A stretch of DNA of 62,863 nucleotides, filler included, from Conidiobolus incongruus B7586 (GCA_000697335.1; 6 parts of 6 records of this genome joined end to end with filler, not necessarily neighbours in it); one strand, 5' to 3'; shown: positions 1 to 13,799, numbered from the whole stretch's first letter. Notes: generated by a model from the sequence alone, not told the origin. Numbers and translations: made by a program.

Positions 1-360
1 AATATATTTTTCAAAAAGCTAATATAAAAATATTTAAAATACAATATATTGACAAATAAAAAAAACTTAAAAAATAACTTTGATATATATATATATATAT
101 ATTTCTTATAAAAAAATTAATCAAATAAATAATTTAAGATATATATATTTATATATAGTAAATATAATTGATATTATTATAGTATTATAAATAACTTAAT
201 ATTTTAACTCCAAATATCCTAATAATAATATTGATAGATATATTTTAGGTTTTAATTATATATAGAAAAAATTTGAATATATATGATTCAGCTTAATATT
301 GGTATTAATATTTTGATAATTTATTTAAATATATTTTATTCAGTCCAAAAGTGATATTAT

Positions 361-795
361 TGTCAGGGGTTAACGCTGACAACAATGGGTTTTACGAGCT
401 TAAACGGGGAATCGCCAGTGGTAAACGATAAATTACCACGTAATTAAGGGAAATTATTGGGGTTCACCAAAGTAGGTGAAAATGACTTGCTACGAATTGG
501 GTTCTTCGAATAAAGTAAATATCTCACGCTCGTCACGACTCAATACTTTTGTGAGGGTTTCGAGAAAAACTTAGAGACTGAATACTTTTGAAAATGAAGA
601 TAGAAGATATGTTTATTAGTTTGCTTATGATAATCTTATATTAGGTTCCATTGTTGATTTTTGTGGACATGAATGACTTACAGGCGGAAAGTAATAGGAT
701 CAACTAGTTCATGGGATGTGATATCTCCAATGTGACTTCTCGAATCCTGCGGTAATCGGAGTTTCTTGAGTAATTGACAGGATTATTCTCCATCA
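361..795. mobile_element. Solo LTR, family A (435 bp)
   Basis: GC-enriched island with TG...CA termini and a perfect 4-bp TSD TTAT (357-360, 796-799). Colinear homolog at 20492-20842. Confidence 0.8.
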
Positions 796-3273
796 TTATA
801 ATATACATAGTTTTAATATATCAACCTTTCCCAGAGCTATATTTTATTATTTTGTAAAATTTTATTAAAATTAAAACGTTTATTTATAAATCATAACTTT
901 TTAAAAAAATATTCCTTTGTATTTTTTGATAATTAATATAATTTATATAATTAAAGATATTTATTTATGAAATAAAAATGCATATTATTTTATTTATAAT
1001 GTAAATATATACTCTTATTTACTGACTTAATGTTCAATATTTTTTAATATATTGAAAATATTTAATATACTATTTTTTAACAATATTTTGGAAAATTTAA
1101 CATTGAACAATTAAAATATTATTGGTAAATTACACAATATTTTTAATTATAATAGAATTAATTTTGCATTAAATATATTAATCAATCAAATATTTCAATA
1201 TTTTAATTCAATGATATTTCAGAACAGAGAATAAAATTCTAATAATATATATAATTTCCTTTATTAAATATATTTTCAATTATAATTTAAATATTTATCA
1301 AATGTATAAAATTATTAAAATCGAATATATTGGCAATATTAAATCCTTAATTATTTATCAATATTGTAATAAATAATTATAAAGAAATATACTAAAATGT
1401 CATTATTCTATTAATATATATTTAACATTATTAATTTAACTTTCATATATTAATGTTTTGATATAATATGTTCATAATTAGGTATTCCTGTTCGTATATA
1501 AATTTATAATAGAATTTAGGGCTGGTAATATTTTTAATATGTTATAGGCTTAAATTTTTACTTTTATTTATTGTATAAAATAACATTTTTATTTTAAATC
1601 CAAATAAATTGAATATAACAATAATAAATTGTATTTATTGAGCAATATGATTAACAATGTTGTTTAATTATTTATATAAAGATTAAATTACAAAATATTG
1701 AATTTTAATATATTTGTAAATTAATAATAATGAATGTATTAAAAAACAACTGATATTATTTAATATTATTTTAACCTTAGGTATATCTATTAGTTGTAAT
1801 CATATATACACATATGTATGTATAATTGAAATTTATCTGTACTTTTTATATTATTCAGAATTTTATCATATACAATTGAATTGTATAGATTTTGAAATAT
1901 TCTGAAATTATTACTATATATTTATGAGTCATGAAATTAGGCATGTTTATGTTAATAGATGATGCTATGATAAAGGCAACTAATATTTTAGTTGCATTTT
2001 CGATAATATAAATACATATAATTTTTTGTGGAAATATAACAAATCTCTCTGGGTTTACAATTGTTCTTTAAAATTAACTTATCTTTGATCTTTACATTTT
2101 TTGCCTGTTTAGAAATGTCTTCCAACAACACTAATCCTAATATCATTTCAAACCATTCCGAAACCTATGGAACTGTAAACGACGGAGTTTTACAACAATT
2201 ATATTATTAAATTAATTTTATAATAAATTAAAGATAATTGATTTAATTATTAAAATTATCCACTATTAAATTCAGTCAATTTGTAACCGTTAAAATAATT
2301 GATCAATTTCAAACTTAATATGCTTGTGGAACAAAAAATTTGAATTTAAAATTTTTCAATTAAAATATAGAATAAATAAAATGGATGAGCTAATTAGTAA
2401 ATTGGAAACTTGAAAATCTAATTAATTTTTATTGGATTAATAAATTAATATTCTTCCAAACTATACTTAACATATATTTTTAAACAAATCATTTATTTCT
2501 TCCAATTCATATACATCTGAAAAAAGTGATCCAATATTAAATCCATGTCCTCATGGGGCGAAATATGATAGGGTTGCGTCTCCTGAATATAGCTAAGTAA
2601 GAGTTTTAGCCAATATTTCTTTAGAAATTGAAGCAAAGAGTAAAAGATGTGAAAATATTATTTTTCGGATCTAAGAAATACTTCCGGTTGAGGTGATTAT
2701 TCCTACAATATATGAGTGTTAGTGTAACTCAATGATACGATTTCAATTTAGACTATTATTGAAACCGTGTAATTAAACTAGTATACATAAACTCCAATCA
2801 CTAGTTTGATCATAATAATATACTTTTTCCAAGTTATAGAAATAGTTTTGATTTATATTTTCCAAAATATTATACATAATTTTTATTCCAAATATTTTAT
2901 AATCCAAAGTCATATTCTATTTTCAATATAAATTTATATCAAAATCAATCATAATAATTGGAATATCATATATTGTCAGCTGATAATAATGATAAGTAAC
3001 TTAGCTATCCTTAATTTCACGATATCTATTAGAAGGTGTATAATTCTTGCAATTTTAAATCAGAATAATTTTACATAAAATATAATATGATTCAAATTTT
3101 ATATGAAAAATGAAATATAGATCAATACAAATTTATTATTAATTCAACAAATAAAGTGTAATTGTAATTAAAATTTTTTCTAGGATTTTTTAGTTAAATG
3201 ATTTTTTCTTTCCTAATTATATTAATATATATTATTCATGAATTAAAATGAATGCAGGCTTTCGGATTGATAC

Positions 3274-3527
3274 TGTGAGATCCCAAAGTGCTACCCTTGA
3301 TACCATTTCTAACCTCGGTTTTCTATTCTAGTAGGAGCCTTTACCTCAATTGACCATTACATGTGACACGTTGTAATCTTGATCAGTCTTAATGACTAAT
3401 ACCAATGGCTAATTCAAAACACCATTTTAACCAATAAACCCTCAAATACACTTACCTACTATTAGGTATCAATAATTGTCATTGCTCCTCATGTTACACC
3501 ATCCATAACACCAATAGAGAAACTACA
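3274..3527. mobile_element. Solo LTR candidate, family B (254 bp)
   Basis: TGT...ACA termini, perfect 4-bp TSD ATAC (3270-3273, 3528-3531), internal AATAAA, GC-enriched relative to flanks. Confidence 0.6.
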
Positions 3528-4117
3528 ATACTGTTAAAAGTAAACTGCAATACAGTTTTAATAAAATATAATATTAAATGCAATAATTTATATAATTTCA
3601 ATTTATATTTCCAATTTATTTGCATTAAATTTTCAAAATAAATAAATTATGAATATTATTAGTATTATACAATTTATTTATTTATATTGTTAATATTTTT
3701 CTGTATTAAAATTTTATTTAATAATTTATAAATTATTATTAAATTTTATTTTAATTCAAATTTTTTTCGACTTGAAATTTAAATAAAGAATGAAAAATAT
3801 AAAGATTCAAATCTAAGTATAAATAATATTAATAAATAAGATTAGTTTGAATATATATATTAGATATATATATACTGTGATATAATATATTCTAATTGAA
3901 TAACACATCATTACTAACTTATTTTATAAATCAATCTAATGCGCATTAATCATTATGCACCATGAGTGGCCTTTTCGCTTAAGATTTAATCAAATTTTGG
4001 AACTTTTCTGTTAATATTTCGTTTCATCATAGGATACGGTTATAAATTTAAAATGATATAAATTGAAGTAAATTATCACTTGTATAATTGACTTCCTGAG
4101 ATATCAAGATTATTATC

Positions 4118-5794
4118 ATGAATATATTAAATATATTCTATTATATTCAATATTTAATAATCAATAGTGAATTCATAACTGATAAAAATCATAATGAACC
4201 TTTACATATTGTATTATCCACGTCATTGGGTAGTAGAAGTCACAACAAGTACCTATTAGAGATTTCAAAATTATTACAATCAAGAGGCCACCAAATAACA
4301 TACGCCACTTTGGAAGAGAATTTTCGTTACAATTTGAAGTATAACTATACCGAATACTCTATCGGAAGTATTCCAGTAAACTCGATAGATTGGGGCAAAG
4401 CTGCAACCCTTGATGAAATATTGGTGAATCCAGATGGTATTGTATATGATCTAGTCAGTAGATTTATAACCAATTTATATTCAGAGAATTTGGAGAGATT
4501 GAAACAACTTTTTGAAACTAAAAAGATAGATTTGGTGATATGTGATTTCTTCAACCCAGCATGTAACGATGCAGCGAGGCTTTATTCCATTCCGATGATT
4601 GTAGGATTTCAGAATTTAAATTTTGGAATTGCATCAGCACCCTGGATCACTCAAAGTCTTGACGGTAGTCCAACAACCACTGAAAATTTAAATATTTTTC
4701 AAAGACTCAAAACTGGAGTATTAGAGCCTCTTGTTATCAATTATATGACTTGGAAATATGCTAGAGATATGAATAGTGTCAGATCTCGTCACGGAATACC
4801 TAATCATCCCAATCCTTTTGGAGAGTTTACAAAAGTATATAAAATTTCTAATATCTATATAGGATTGGAAGATCCTAGACCCGTGGATCCTACTTTGAAT
4901 TTAATTGGTCCAGTGATTGATCAAGATATAGATCCTCTATCTCCCGAACTAGAAGATTTTTTGAATCATAATCCAAAAACGATGTATGTGGCGTTTGGAG
5001 GTCAAGTGATTCTGTCTGAAAAGATTATTAGCAAAATTCTATCTGCGATCCAGTTGGCACTGAATGATGGCACAATTGACGGTGTGCTATGGGGGTTGGG
5101 ATATACTAAGCGCTCTGAATTTCCATCATCATTTGAGTTGAACTCGAAAATATATTCCACAAAAGAAATAATAAAAGGTACACATCCCAAAATCAAAATA
5201 TTGAATTGGGCACCACAAGTCTCAATCCTGAATCATCCAAATACAAAATTATTTCTATCACACGGTGGTATGGAAAGTATTCAAGAAGCCATTCATTCAG
5301 GTACGCCCATCCTAGTTATGCCAGTGTGGGGAGATCAGTCGCGAAATGCAAGATTAATTAAGAATAGAGGGGTTGGTGACTTTGTAAAAACGCTCCATGC
5401 CACTCCCAATCAGCTCTACGAGAAAATGAAGATGTTAGAATTTGATAATAACTTCCAACTACAAACCAATTTAAAACACTTGCAAACAATAAGTTTTGCT
5501 AAAAATGCGAACCGGCTCCCGAACGTACTAACAATAGAACATTATGCATATAACGCTAGTATATGTCGAGCATATAACCAGCCCAAGCCTTTTGAAGTTC
5601 CATGTGAACTACAACCATATATATCTGCGGATAAGAGAATGCCATTTGTTAAAGCATACCAGATCGATGTTTATATTATACTATTTGGAATGTGTCTAGC
5701 ACTGATTTTTTATCCATTATATAAGATATTATATGGTTTTACTGCTTACGTTAAAATAACAAATTACAAATTGAAAAAATATAAAAAAGAATAA
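4118..5794 (+). CDS. UDP-glycosyltransferase (GT1/UDPGT family), C-terminally membrane-anchored
   Basis: Intronless 558 aa. N-terminal SH...L..RGH motif, UGT signature WAPQVSILNHPNTKLFLSHGGMESIQEAIHSGTPILVMPVWGDQ, C-terminal TM helix and basic tail KKYKKE. Confidence 0.95.
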   Translation: MNILNIFYYIQYLIINSEFITDKNHNEPLHIVLSTSLGSRSHNKYLLEISKLLQSRGHQITYATLEENFRYNLKYNYTEYSIGSIPVNSIDWGKAATLDEILVNPDGIVYDLVSRFITNLYSENLERLKQLFETKKIDLVICDFFNPACNDAARLYSIPMIVGFQNLNFGIASAPWITQSLDGSPTTTENLNIFQRLKTGVLEPLVINYMTWKYARDMNSVRSRHGIPNHPNPFGEFTKVYKISNIYIGLEDPRPVDPTLNLIGPVIDQDIDPLSPELEDFLNHNPKTMYVAFGGQVILSEKIISKILSAIQLALNDGTIDGVLWGLGYTKRSEFPSSFELNSKIYSTKEIIKGTHPKIKILNWAPQVSILNHPNTKLFLSHGGMESIQEAIHSGTPILVMPVWGDQSRNARLIKNRGVGDFVKTLHATPNQLYEKMKMLEFDNNFQLQTNLKHLQTISFAKNANRLPNVLTIEHYAYNASICRAYNQPKPFEVPCELQPYISADKRMPFVKAYQIDVYIILFGMCLALIFYPLYKILYGFTAYVKITNYKLKKYKKE

Positions 5795-5852
5795 TGATTT
5801 AATTATTATCTCAATATTAATTTTATTTGATTTGATAATCAATATATTTTAT

Positions 5853-7000
5853 TATTTATACAAAAATCATAATGGCAATTTTTTAAAATTAAAATTAAAT
5901 AAAATTATTAATATATGAATTATAAAAATTAATCTCTCTTTTATTATTGATAACTCTCTGCTATACTTTTAACACGCTTCTAATACTTAAAGAATGGTTT
6001 TATTAATTAAGGCTGAAATTTAATATTTTACAAACAAATTTAATTTATCAGAATTTCTTAAATATATTTTTTAATTACCTAAAATAATTATAATACTTAA
6101 GTCATAATCTAATAAATATATTAAACATAGTATCTTTTTTGAATTTTTTATATAAAAAATCGCTATTAGTTTTAATTTTATAAATTATACAAATATTAAA
6201 TAAAATATTAAGTTTGTGAAATTTATAATAGGAATATAAGTAAAAAAGTAATATATTATTATAATATATCATGATAATTATTATATTTTGATAATTTAAT
6301 ATTTTTTAAATAAAACTTTATATAAAAAAGTTAAAGTTATATTAATTTTAATAATCTAGTATCAAAAAATATTTCATTAATTATATTTAAATTGCTTTTA
6401 TTTAATTATAATTATCTTAATAATTTTTAAATATTTGTTATATTAAATATTTTTTAATTAAGAGCTTTAATAATAGGTTTAAACTTTAATATAGAGATAA
6501 AATAAATTAGAATATTAAATATTAAGTTAATTAAATATTTTCTTAGTTAAATAAAATATTTTATATTATGTTTACTTTATGAAATAACTGAAAAAAAAAT
6601 AAGAATAGAAAATAATGTTTTAAATATTTGTTAATTATAAAAAATATTTGATATATTTTTAAAATGACGAATCTGTTAATAGATCATAGTTTTAGATAAA
6701 ACATTATCTTAATAACCTATTTACATATATTAAATAATCTTAAAAAATATATATCTAATTTAAATATATTTGATTTAAAATTTTTAGTTAAAAATATTTT
6801 GATTCGTAAATATTTTAATAAGAAAAATACTTATGAATATATATAACTCTAAAATGTCAATTTATTTTATAAGTTCTTATAATAGAATTATTAAAATTAT
6901 ATGTTTATTTGAAAAATCATAAAATAAAACGTTTCACCATTAATTTGAATTAATTATATTTTAATCTTTTTATTTATAGAATTCGTGTAAGTTTAAATAT
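5853..7000 (-). mobile_element. Degenerate mariner copy
   Basis: Reverse complement of ~5930-6140 matches the transposase 3' end at 8800-8992 and 56790-57017. TIR-like sequence near 5853-5890. The 5' boundary is approximate. Confidence 0.7.
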
Positions 7001-7541
7001 AAATCAATATTTGTATATATAATTAAAAATATTAAAATAATAATAATAAAAAATAATATTTAAATAAATTAACCTTTAATCATATTTTTTAATATTCTTA
7101 TGTTTTAACATATAATAGTTTTTATTCCATATTTATGTTTAAATCTTTATAAACTAAGTAAATATATTCAAACAAATTTTGTTAATTGTTTTTGTATAGT
7201 TAATCTTTTTAATTCTAAAATATTTATAAAAGATATTAACAACTATATATTAAATAAGATATTTTTTAACTATATTGAATTTTATAATTTTTCTTTATAT
7301 TTAATATTATTTATAGAAATTTATTATTTGATATAATAAATATTTTTAAATGTTTATTATAGGCATAATTACAAATAATTTATATAAAAAATATAGATTA
7401 TATTATTAAATGATATTATATATGAATTAATCTAATAATTTTAAATATTATATAAATTATTGCTATAGTAAATATTCTGTTATAAATATAATATTGATAA
7501 AATAATTAAAATATATTATATTAACTTAATTTAATATTTTA

Positions 7542-7730
7542 TGTTGTAAAATTCCATCGTTTACATTTTGATAGGTTTCGGGATGGCTAGAATTTATATT
7601 GGAATTCATATCGTTGGAAATCATTTTAATAAACAGATAAAATATAAAGTTTTGATTTACAGTAACACTAGATAATGTGTATGAACTCTAAGAGTGATAG
7701 GGAGCCCTTTATTATCAAAAAAAAACAACA
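7542..7730. mobile_element. Solo LTR candidate (189 bp)
   Basis: Perfect 6-bp terminal inverted repeat TGTTGT...ACAACA, internal AATAAA, imperfect TSD (TTTA/TATA). Confidence 0.45.
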
Positions 7731-7763
7731 TATATTTATATTATGAAAAATGCAACTAAAATA

Positions 7764-9089
7764 CTATTAGTATAGAAATTAAGAAATGGCAAATTTTTTA
7801 ATTTCTGATCTTTCAAACATATTATACATTTTGAAAGATTATATATATATATAAAATATATAGGAAAATAAATATTTTCAAACTATATATATATTCAATT
7901 TTTATTATTTTTTTTATTAAAATATTTTGATTTTAAAATTTACACTTAAATTTAATCATGCTTAAACCAGATTGTAATTATCAAAAGGTTTTTATTTTTG
8001 TATCTTTAAAACTTAACTATAAACCCTCTAAAATCATATAAAACTTGCAAACAGCTTATAGAGATGGTTTTTTATCTAAAACTACCATATATTGCTAGAT
8101 TTGTGATTTTAAAGCTAGAAGGGACACTATTCAAAATTTACCAAAATCTAAAAGACTAATTTCTACTGTTATTCTTTCACTTACCAATAGAATAAAAAAA
8201 TATATTAAGAAATACCCTTTTATTTCTGTTAGAGAACTATCAAAGCAATTTAATGTTAATTATACAAGCATGTTATATTTACTTAAGCTTTAACTTAGAT
8301 TAATTAATAAAAATATAAAATAGATATCTTATAATTTAACAGAAACCCAAAAGAAAACTAAAGTAATTATAGCTAAACTAAACTTATTAAGGTATAACCA
8401 AAAACAAAAGTTTTTACAGTGAATACTTACAATTAATGAATCTTAAATTCTTTTATATAATCCTTTACCTAAAAATAAAACAAGATGTTAGGTTAAACTA
8501 AATTAATCCCTTTTATAAATTTTAATGAATAAGTATTTTAAATATAAACAAATGTTAATTATTATAATGAATTATAATGGTATATGGTTTTTTTATTTAA
8601 TACCTCAAGGAAAGTCAATTAATAATAAGTTATATATTACATTTTTAAATAAAACAATTTTTAAATGGTGTTTTTAATATAAATTAAAGACACCTATTAT
8701 TTTACATAATAATTGCAAAATATATAAAGCTAAAACTATAAAAAATTTTTTATATAAAAAAAATTAGAGGGAGTTATCATATCTAGTATATTTACCTGAT
8801 TATAACCTATATAATTATAATTGTTTTAGACAACTAAAAAAATAGCTTACAGGAAAAAAAATTCCTACAAACAAATTAAATTGGTTTGTGAAATTTCAAA
8901 TTTCAGTCTTTAATAAAAAGAACTATTTTTTAGATATTAGAAGCTTACCAAAGGTATAGAAAAAATTTATTAATAATAAAAGAGGCTATTAATTATATAT
9001 TATTCATTAATTTTTATATATTATTTATTAATTTACTTATTGAATTTTAATTTTAAAATTATACCATTATTTAATTTCTAGATTAATAT
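7764..9089 (+). mobile_element. Full-length defective mariner (Tc1/mariner, DD34D); transposase pseudogene 7958-8992
   Basis: ~30-bp degenerate TIRs (TATTAGTATAGAAATTAAGAAATGG / CCATTATTTAATTTCTAGATTAATA). 345-codon frame with many stops and mariner motifs (LSKTTIYC*I, ILTINES*I, LHNNC, YLPDYNLYN), with 34 residues between the 2nd and 3rd catalytic positions. Confidence 0.92.
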
Positions 9090-9560
9090 TTTAATAATAA
9101 TTCAGTATATATTAAAATTATAATCCAATTAAAATATTATCATATTTCATTCATTATATTAATAATTGAAATATATTTTGGTATATTAATTTCTTAATAG
9201 TATGCTAAGGATTAATATATTCATGAAAATTATATTAAATATTATCAGATTATTTATTATTTATAATAATACAAATATTTCATAAAATAATATTAATATA
9301 CTATATTATGCTTACTGTGATAATATTATATCTAACCAAGTTTATCTTAAATTTATTATTTTATCAAAATATATAATTATTCCAAAAATATCTTTATTAA
9401 ATTTAAAATTTTTATTAACAAAATAGTTTAAGTTAAAAAAAATATTATTTTATAATTTAAACAATGGGAATTTTTTATAATTGAAAAAAACAATTTAATA
9501 TATAATATATAACAATATCAATATAATATAAATTTAATAGATTTTTTTATTTTCAATAAT

Positions 9561-9660
9561 NNNNNNNNNNNNNNNNNNNNNNNNNNNNNNNNNNNNNNNN
9601 NNNNTTAATTAATTAANNNNNNNNNNNNNNNNNNNNNNNNNNNNNNNNNNNNNNNNNNNN
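9561..9660. other. Assembly gap linker (N44-TTAATTAATTAA-N44)
   Basis: Six-frame stop linker. Identical linkers at 23654-23753, 32744-32843, 50421-50520 and 56652-56751. Confidence 0.97.
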
Positions 9661-10426
9661 ATAAGATATTATAAATTTTTTTGACCAAATAAGCTACTAA
9701 TTATCTAGTCAATTTAAAAAAATAAATGTTTAATAAATTACTATATTTTGTGTATATAATGATAATAATAATATTAATAAAAAGTTAATATAAACAAGTT
9801 AAGAAAATATTTTAAAGTTTAATATTCTTTATAAAGTTAATATAGTTTATAAAGATTTTAAAATTAATCAATAAAATATAATATGAAAAATATTATTTAT
9901 GGCTAGTTTGATAAATGATTTTATTTTCTCAGATTTTTGTTATTATTATATTTTTTAAAATAATATTATAAAATATCATTAATTTGGTATTATATATTAA
10001 TATTAATATTAATATTTTTAAATATAGTGTTTTATTTTAGTAAAATAATACCAATTTTTTCATTTTGGTTTTAATATAGATATATTGTTTTACTAATATT
10101 ATATAATTCAAGTTTTAAAATCAAAAAAATATGACAAAATATTTAATAAGATATATATTTCAATAAAATAAGAAAATAAATTAATTGTAACTAAAAAAAT
10201 AATATATTAGAATTAATTTAATTCCAAAATTCAATTTTATCAAAGAGAAAATTTATATTTGATATTTTAATAATATTAAATTTACAAACCCTCATCAAAA
10301 AATATTTTTATTTTAAAAATTATAATTATTTTTTTTAATTATAACTAAAAACTAATTGACTAATACTTATTAATTCATTAATTCATTAGCACATTAAATT
10401 ATAACATCATCACAATTATACTTCAT

Positions 10427-10797
10427 TGCCATAAAGTTAAATAATTTACTTTTTCCATTCCCCAAGATCATGCACTAACCTAGAAACCATGACCAGTGTG
10501 ATATCACAATTTTCATCTAAATAATAGTTCTCCCTTGCCCCTACTACTTCCGTTATTTTATATACCTATAATAGAACTCGTACTATTTGATATTAATGGA
10601 GTATATCTTTTTCTACTTCGCATGAATCTATCTGTTTCATATCTTACTCAATCTTAAATCATACACTAACTACTGCCATCGCGCAACGACTTGTCGAGCA
10701 TGTTTCCCTCTTCGCTAGCTTGTTTCTGCAAGCTATCACAGCTCTCATTGCTGAAAGGATGGCTGCCGTAGCTATCCGGGCGCTCAGGCTGGTGACA
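10427..10797. mobile_element. Solo LTR, family C (371 bp)
   Basis: TGCCA...TGACA termini, perfect 5-bp TSD TTCAT (10422-10426, 10798-10802), sharply GC-enriched. Confidence 0.7.
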
Positions 10798-11839
10798 TTC
10801 ATTATTCAATTCCAACTAAACTAAAATCATTGACAAAAGATATTTTTAAATTTTAATGGATAATTATATTAGAAACAGCTAGAATATTTTCAAGTTTGAA
10901 TTTGAGAATTTAATATAATTTAAATCTCATTATTAATTAATTTTAATTTTACAATATTCACAAAAATAGTTTTGGATACTAATTTGTGATATTTTTATAA
11001 ATAATTAATAAAATTTAATTGTTGAAAATGTTAAAATGTGAATCGTCTTTGGTTCTTAATCGTTATTTGTTAATAATATAATTTCAAAAGAATTAATCCA
11101 ATCGTTGGATTAAAAATTTTTTTTAGTCTCATTTGAAATCAAATTTGTTAATAATTTTTGATTTCAATATCTATTATATCACTGGTTAATCATTAAATGA
11201 ACCTTTTGATAAGTATTAAATTGACAAAATATTCAGTTATATAAAATATATTTAGGTTATATTAATAAGTACTTAGATTTTAATTTTGAAATTTTTATGA
11301 CATTAATTATACAATTAAGCGTATACTACCTGAGTTTGGGTATTATTTACATCATGGTTTTATTCATTTGGCAAAAAATAAACAAATATGAAATAATTAT
11401 TCACAAAAGATCGTAGTATGAGGAATTTTAAAATATCAGCAAAAACTTATAAGTCAGTACTTGGATATCATTATGGAAGTGTTTATCATTCAACAAATTA
11501 GTTCCATAGATTGTTGACAAAGCAATAGAATAATTTTTTAATGAATAACTCTGATTTTATTTCTATTTTTGGGTAAACTTAGTTGTTTTAAATAATTTTA
11601 AATAAATTCAGCAAGGTTAGCTATAAATTGATATTTATTGTTTATAGCCAGTCAGAAATCTTTTAATATGATATTATTAAATACATTGATACAAAATTTT
11701 TTTCATTAATAGTGGAGATTAGTCTAATTAGCATAACTATTTCATATGTTAAAAATTATAATATACCATTTACATTAATCTAATATCGAATAAGTATTTA
11801 GATTGATTTTATGCAAACAATATATTTCAAGGTACTTTA

Positions 11840-12156
11840 TGTTATTAAGAGACAAGAGCCTCTGCTTTCATCAAGTATCTTTACAAAAACGCAATACACT
11901 GATCATTTTTCTCTCACATACTGATTGACTTATCATTCGTTTGTTGATTGGCTATTCGGCCAAGCCATTGTATTAACACCTCAATTACTTTATCCGATAT
12001 ACCTTACAAAAGCCTGGAATTTAGATAATTCAAAACAAGATCAGCTCGATACGGGTCCTCTTCACTATTTGATATAACCAAAAAAAATCTATCTTTTAGC
12101 CCATCTTATAGCCTAATATCCCGTATCGTCTCTCTCTATTAATTTCCACCAGAACA
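11840..12156. mobile_element. Solo LTR candidate (317 bp)
   Basis: TGTTAT...AGAACA termini (5/6 inverted match), GC-enriched, imperfect TSD (TTTA/TTTC). Confidence 0.4.
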
Positions 12157-13457
12157 TTTCTTCTCAAGTATTGTTTTTTGATTTAATGTATATTTCATTG
12201 AATTATATATCCAAATTAGTCACAAACAATATTTAATATCAAACATTGTTTTTATTATCAAGTATGAGAAATAATCTGAATCAAACTGAATTCAAATAAG
12301 TGAATTAATCAAATAATTTTATAAAGTTAAAATGAAAATATATAAACGAATATTTAAGTATTGTCGTGAACCTTGTTATAAATGAGCTTTAAACAACTAA
12401 TATAAGGATTATTTATAAATGTTGATTCGTGAAAGTTGTCATATTAGTAAAACAATTATCCATATCTTGGATGTTGTAATAATCTGAATTTTGATAAGAA
12501 AATATTATAAATATCATGTATTATTGACGAATAACTCATAAAATATTCAAAATAAATAAAGATTGAGTAATTGCTATAATAAATTTTCTTTGCAATCTTT
12601 ATTGTATAAATACAAAATTGATTATTTTAAACAAGATTAATCCAGTATTTATGAAATGGAATAATCAAATTATAATGTGATCTTTTGATATCAAAATTAT
12701 ATTTATATTTTTACACCATTGAATCTATCAAAGATATTTTATAATAACAAAATGAAAGACATTTAATTGAAAATAGACAATAATAAGAGAATAACCTATA
12801 ATTGAGGGAATAATATATAATATCAAACATCATTGATATTAAATTGATGTTTTAAAATCTATAATTAAAGGGTAAAAAAATAATTTCAGAATTTCGTCCA
12901 ATTTTAAAAATAGGTTTTTCTTATTATAGCTTTACCGAGATGTATTATAAATATAATGTGATAATTGAATATAGATTATGCTCTGATTAATTATTACATT
13001 CATTTGAAAAATGAATCATTAATTTTTTTCACATAATTATTAAATCATTTGTCTGATTAATTAACAACATCCAATTTACAAGATCAAAAATATCAAAGTA
13101 ATAATATATAAAAATATTATTATAATAATAGTAAAATATTCTTTAATAAATTATATTATCCATGAACTGTAAAATTTAATGAATTAATTGATTTCAAACA
13201 GTAACATTTAAAAATGAAAATAACTGATATTTATTCTAATCTGAGACAACTTCAATTTTTTTCAATACATTGCAATTGTGGTTCAAATTGAATTATCTTG
13301 AATATATTTTTAGAATTGATTAGTAACTTGAAATATTTGAAATTGATTTAGCTTTATTAAATGCTCGATATGTGATATTCACATGAACTTCCCGACTGAA
13401 TTGAGTATATAAACACAGAATCAATAGCCAAAGAAATTATACTCTGATTACAAATAA

Positions 13458-13799
13458 TTGAATATGAAAATTTTCGCCTTTTCCATCCTGGCTCTTGTTC
13501 AATCCACTGTTGCTGCCGATTGCCAAGACAATGGGATTGAAAGAGTCCACTATGATGCCAAACATGGTTACTCTTTCGTTAATTGTTCTAATGTAGATAG
13601 AAACGGATGCCCTATGGATCTCAGCAACCCTGAGGGGTTCATTTATGAAACAAGATGCTACAAATCCAACGATAGCTCCACCGGTCAATCTGAACCTACC
13701 AGAAAGAAATTTTATAACTGCGTAAATGATAAACAATTGAATGAATTTTATAATGGAATGAGAAGTATGGGTTGGAAATGCTATATGGCTATACCCTAA
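13458..13799 (+). CDS. Small secreted 6-Cys protein, unknown function
   Basis: Signal-peptide-like N-terminus (MKIFAFSILALVQSTVAA; probable start is the ATG at 13464, the ORF-track start is TTG), six Cys, TATATAAA at 13406-13413, AATAAA downstream. Confidence 0.85.
   Translation: MNMKIFAFSILALVQSTVAADCQDNGIERVHYDAKHGYSFVNCSNVDRNGCPMDLSNPEGFIYETRCYKSNDSSTGQSEPTRKKFYNCVNDKQLNEFYNGMRSMGWKCYMAIP

Noticed and set aside
4345..5196. Antisense ORFs inside the UGT, and similar shadows at 13437, 17719, 17778, 19263, 19279, 22064-22596, 23147, 36145, 52911 and 53192
   Set aside because: They overlap well-supported genes in other frames and have no recognisable motifs.
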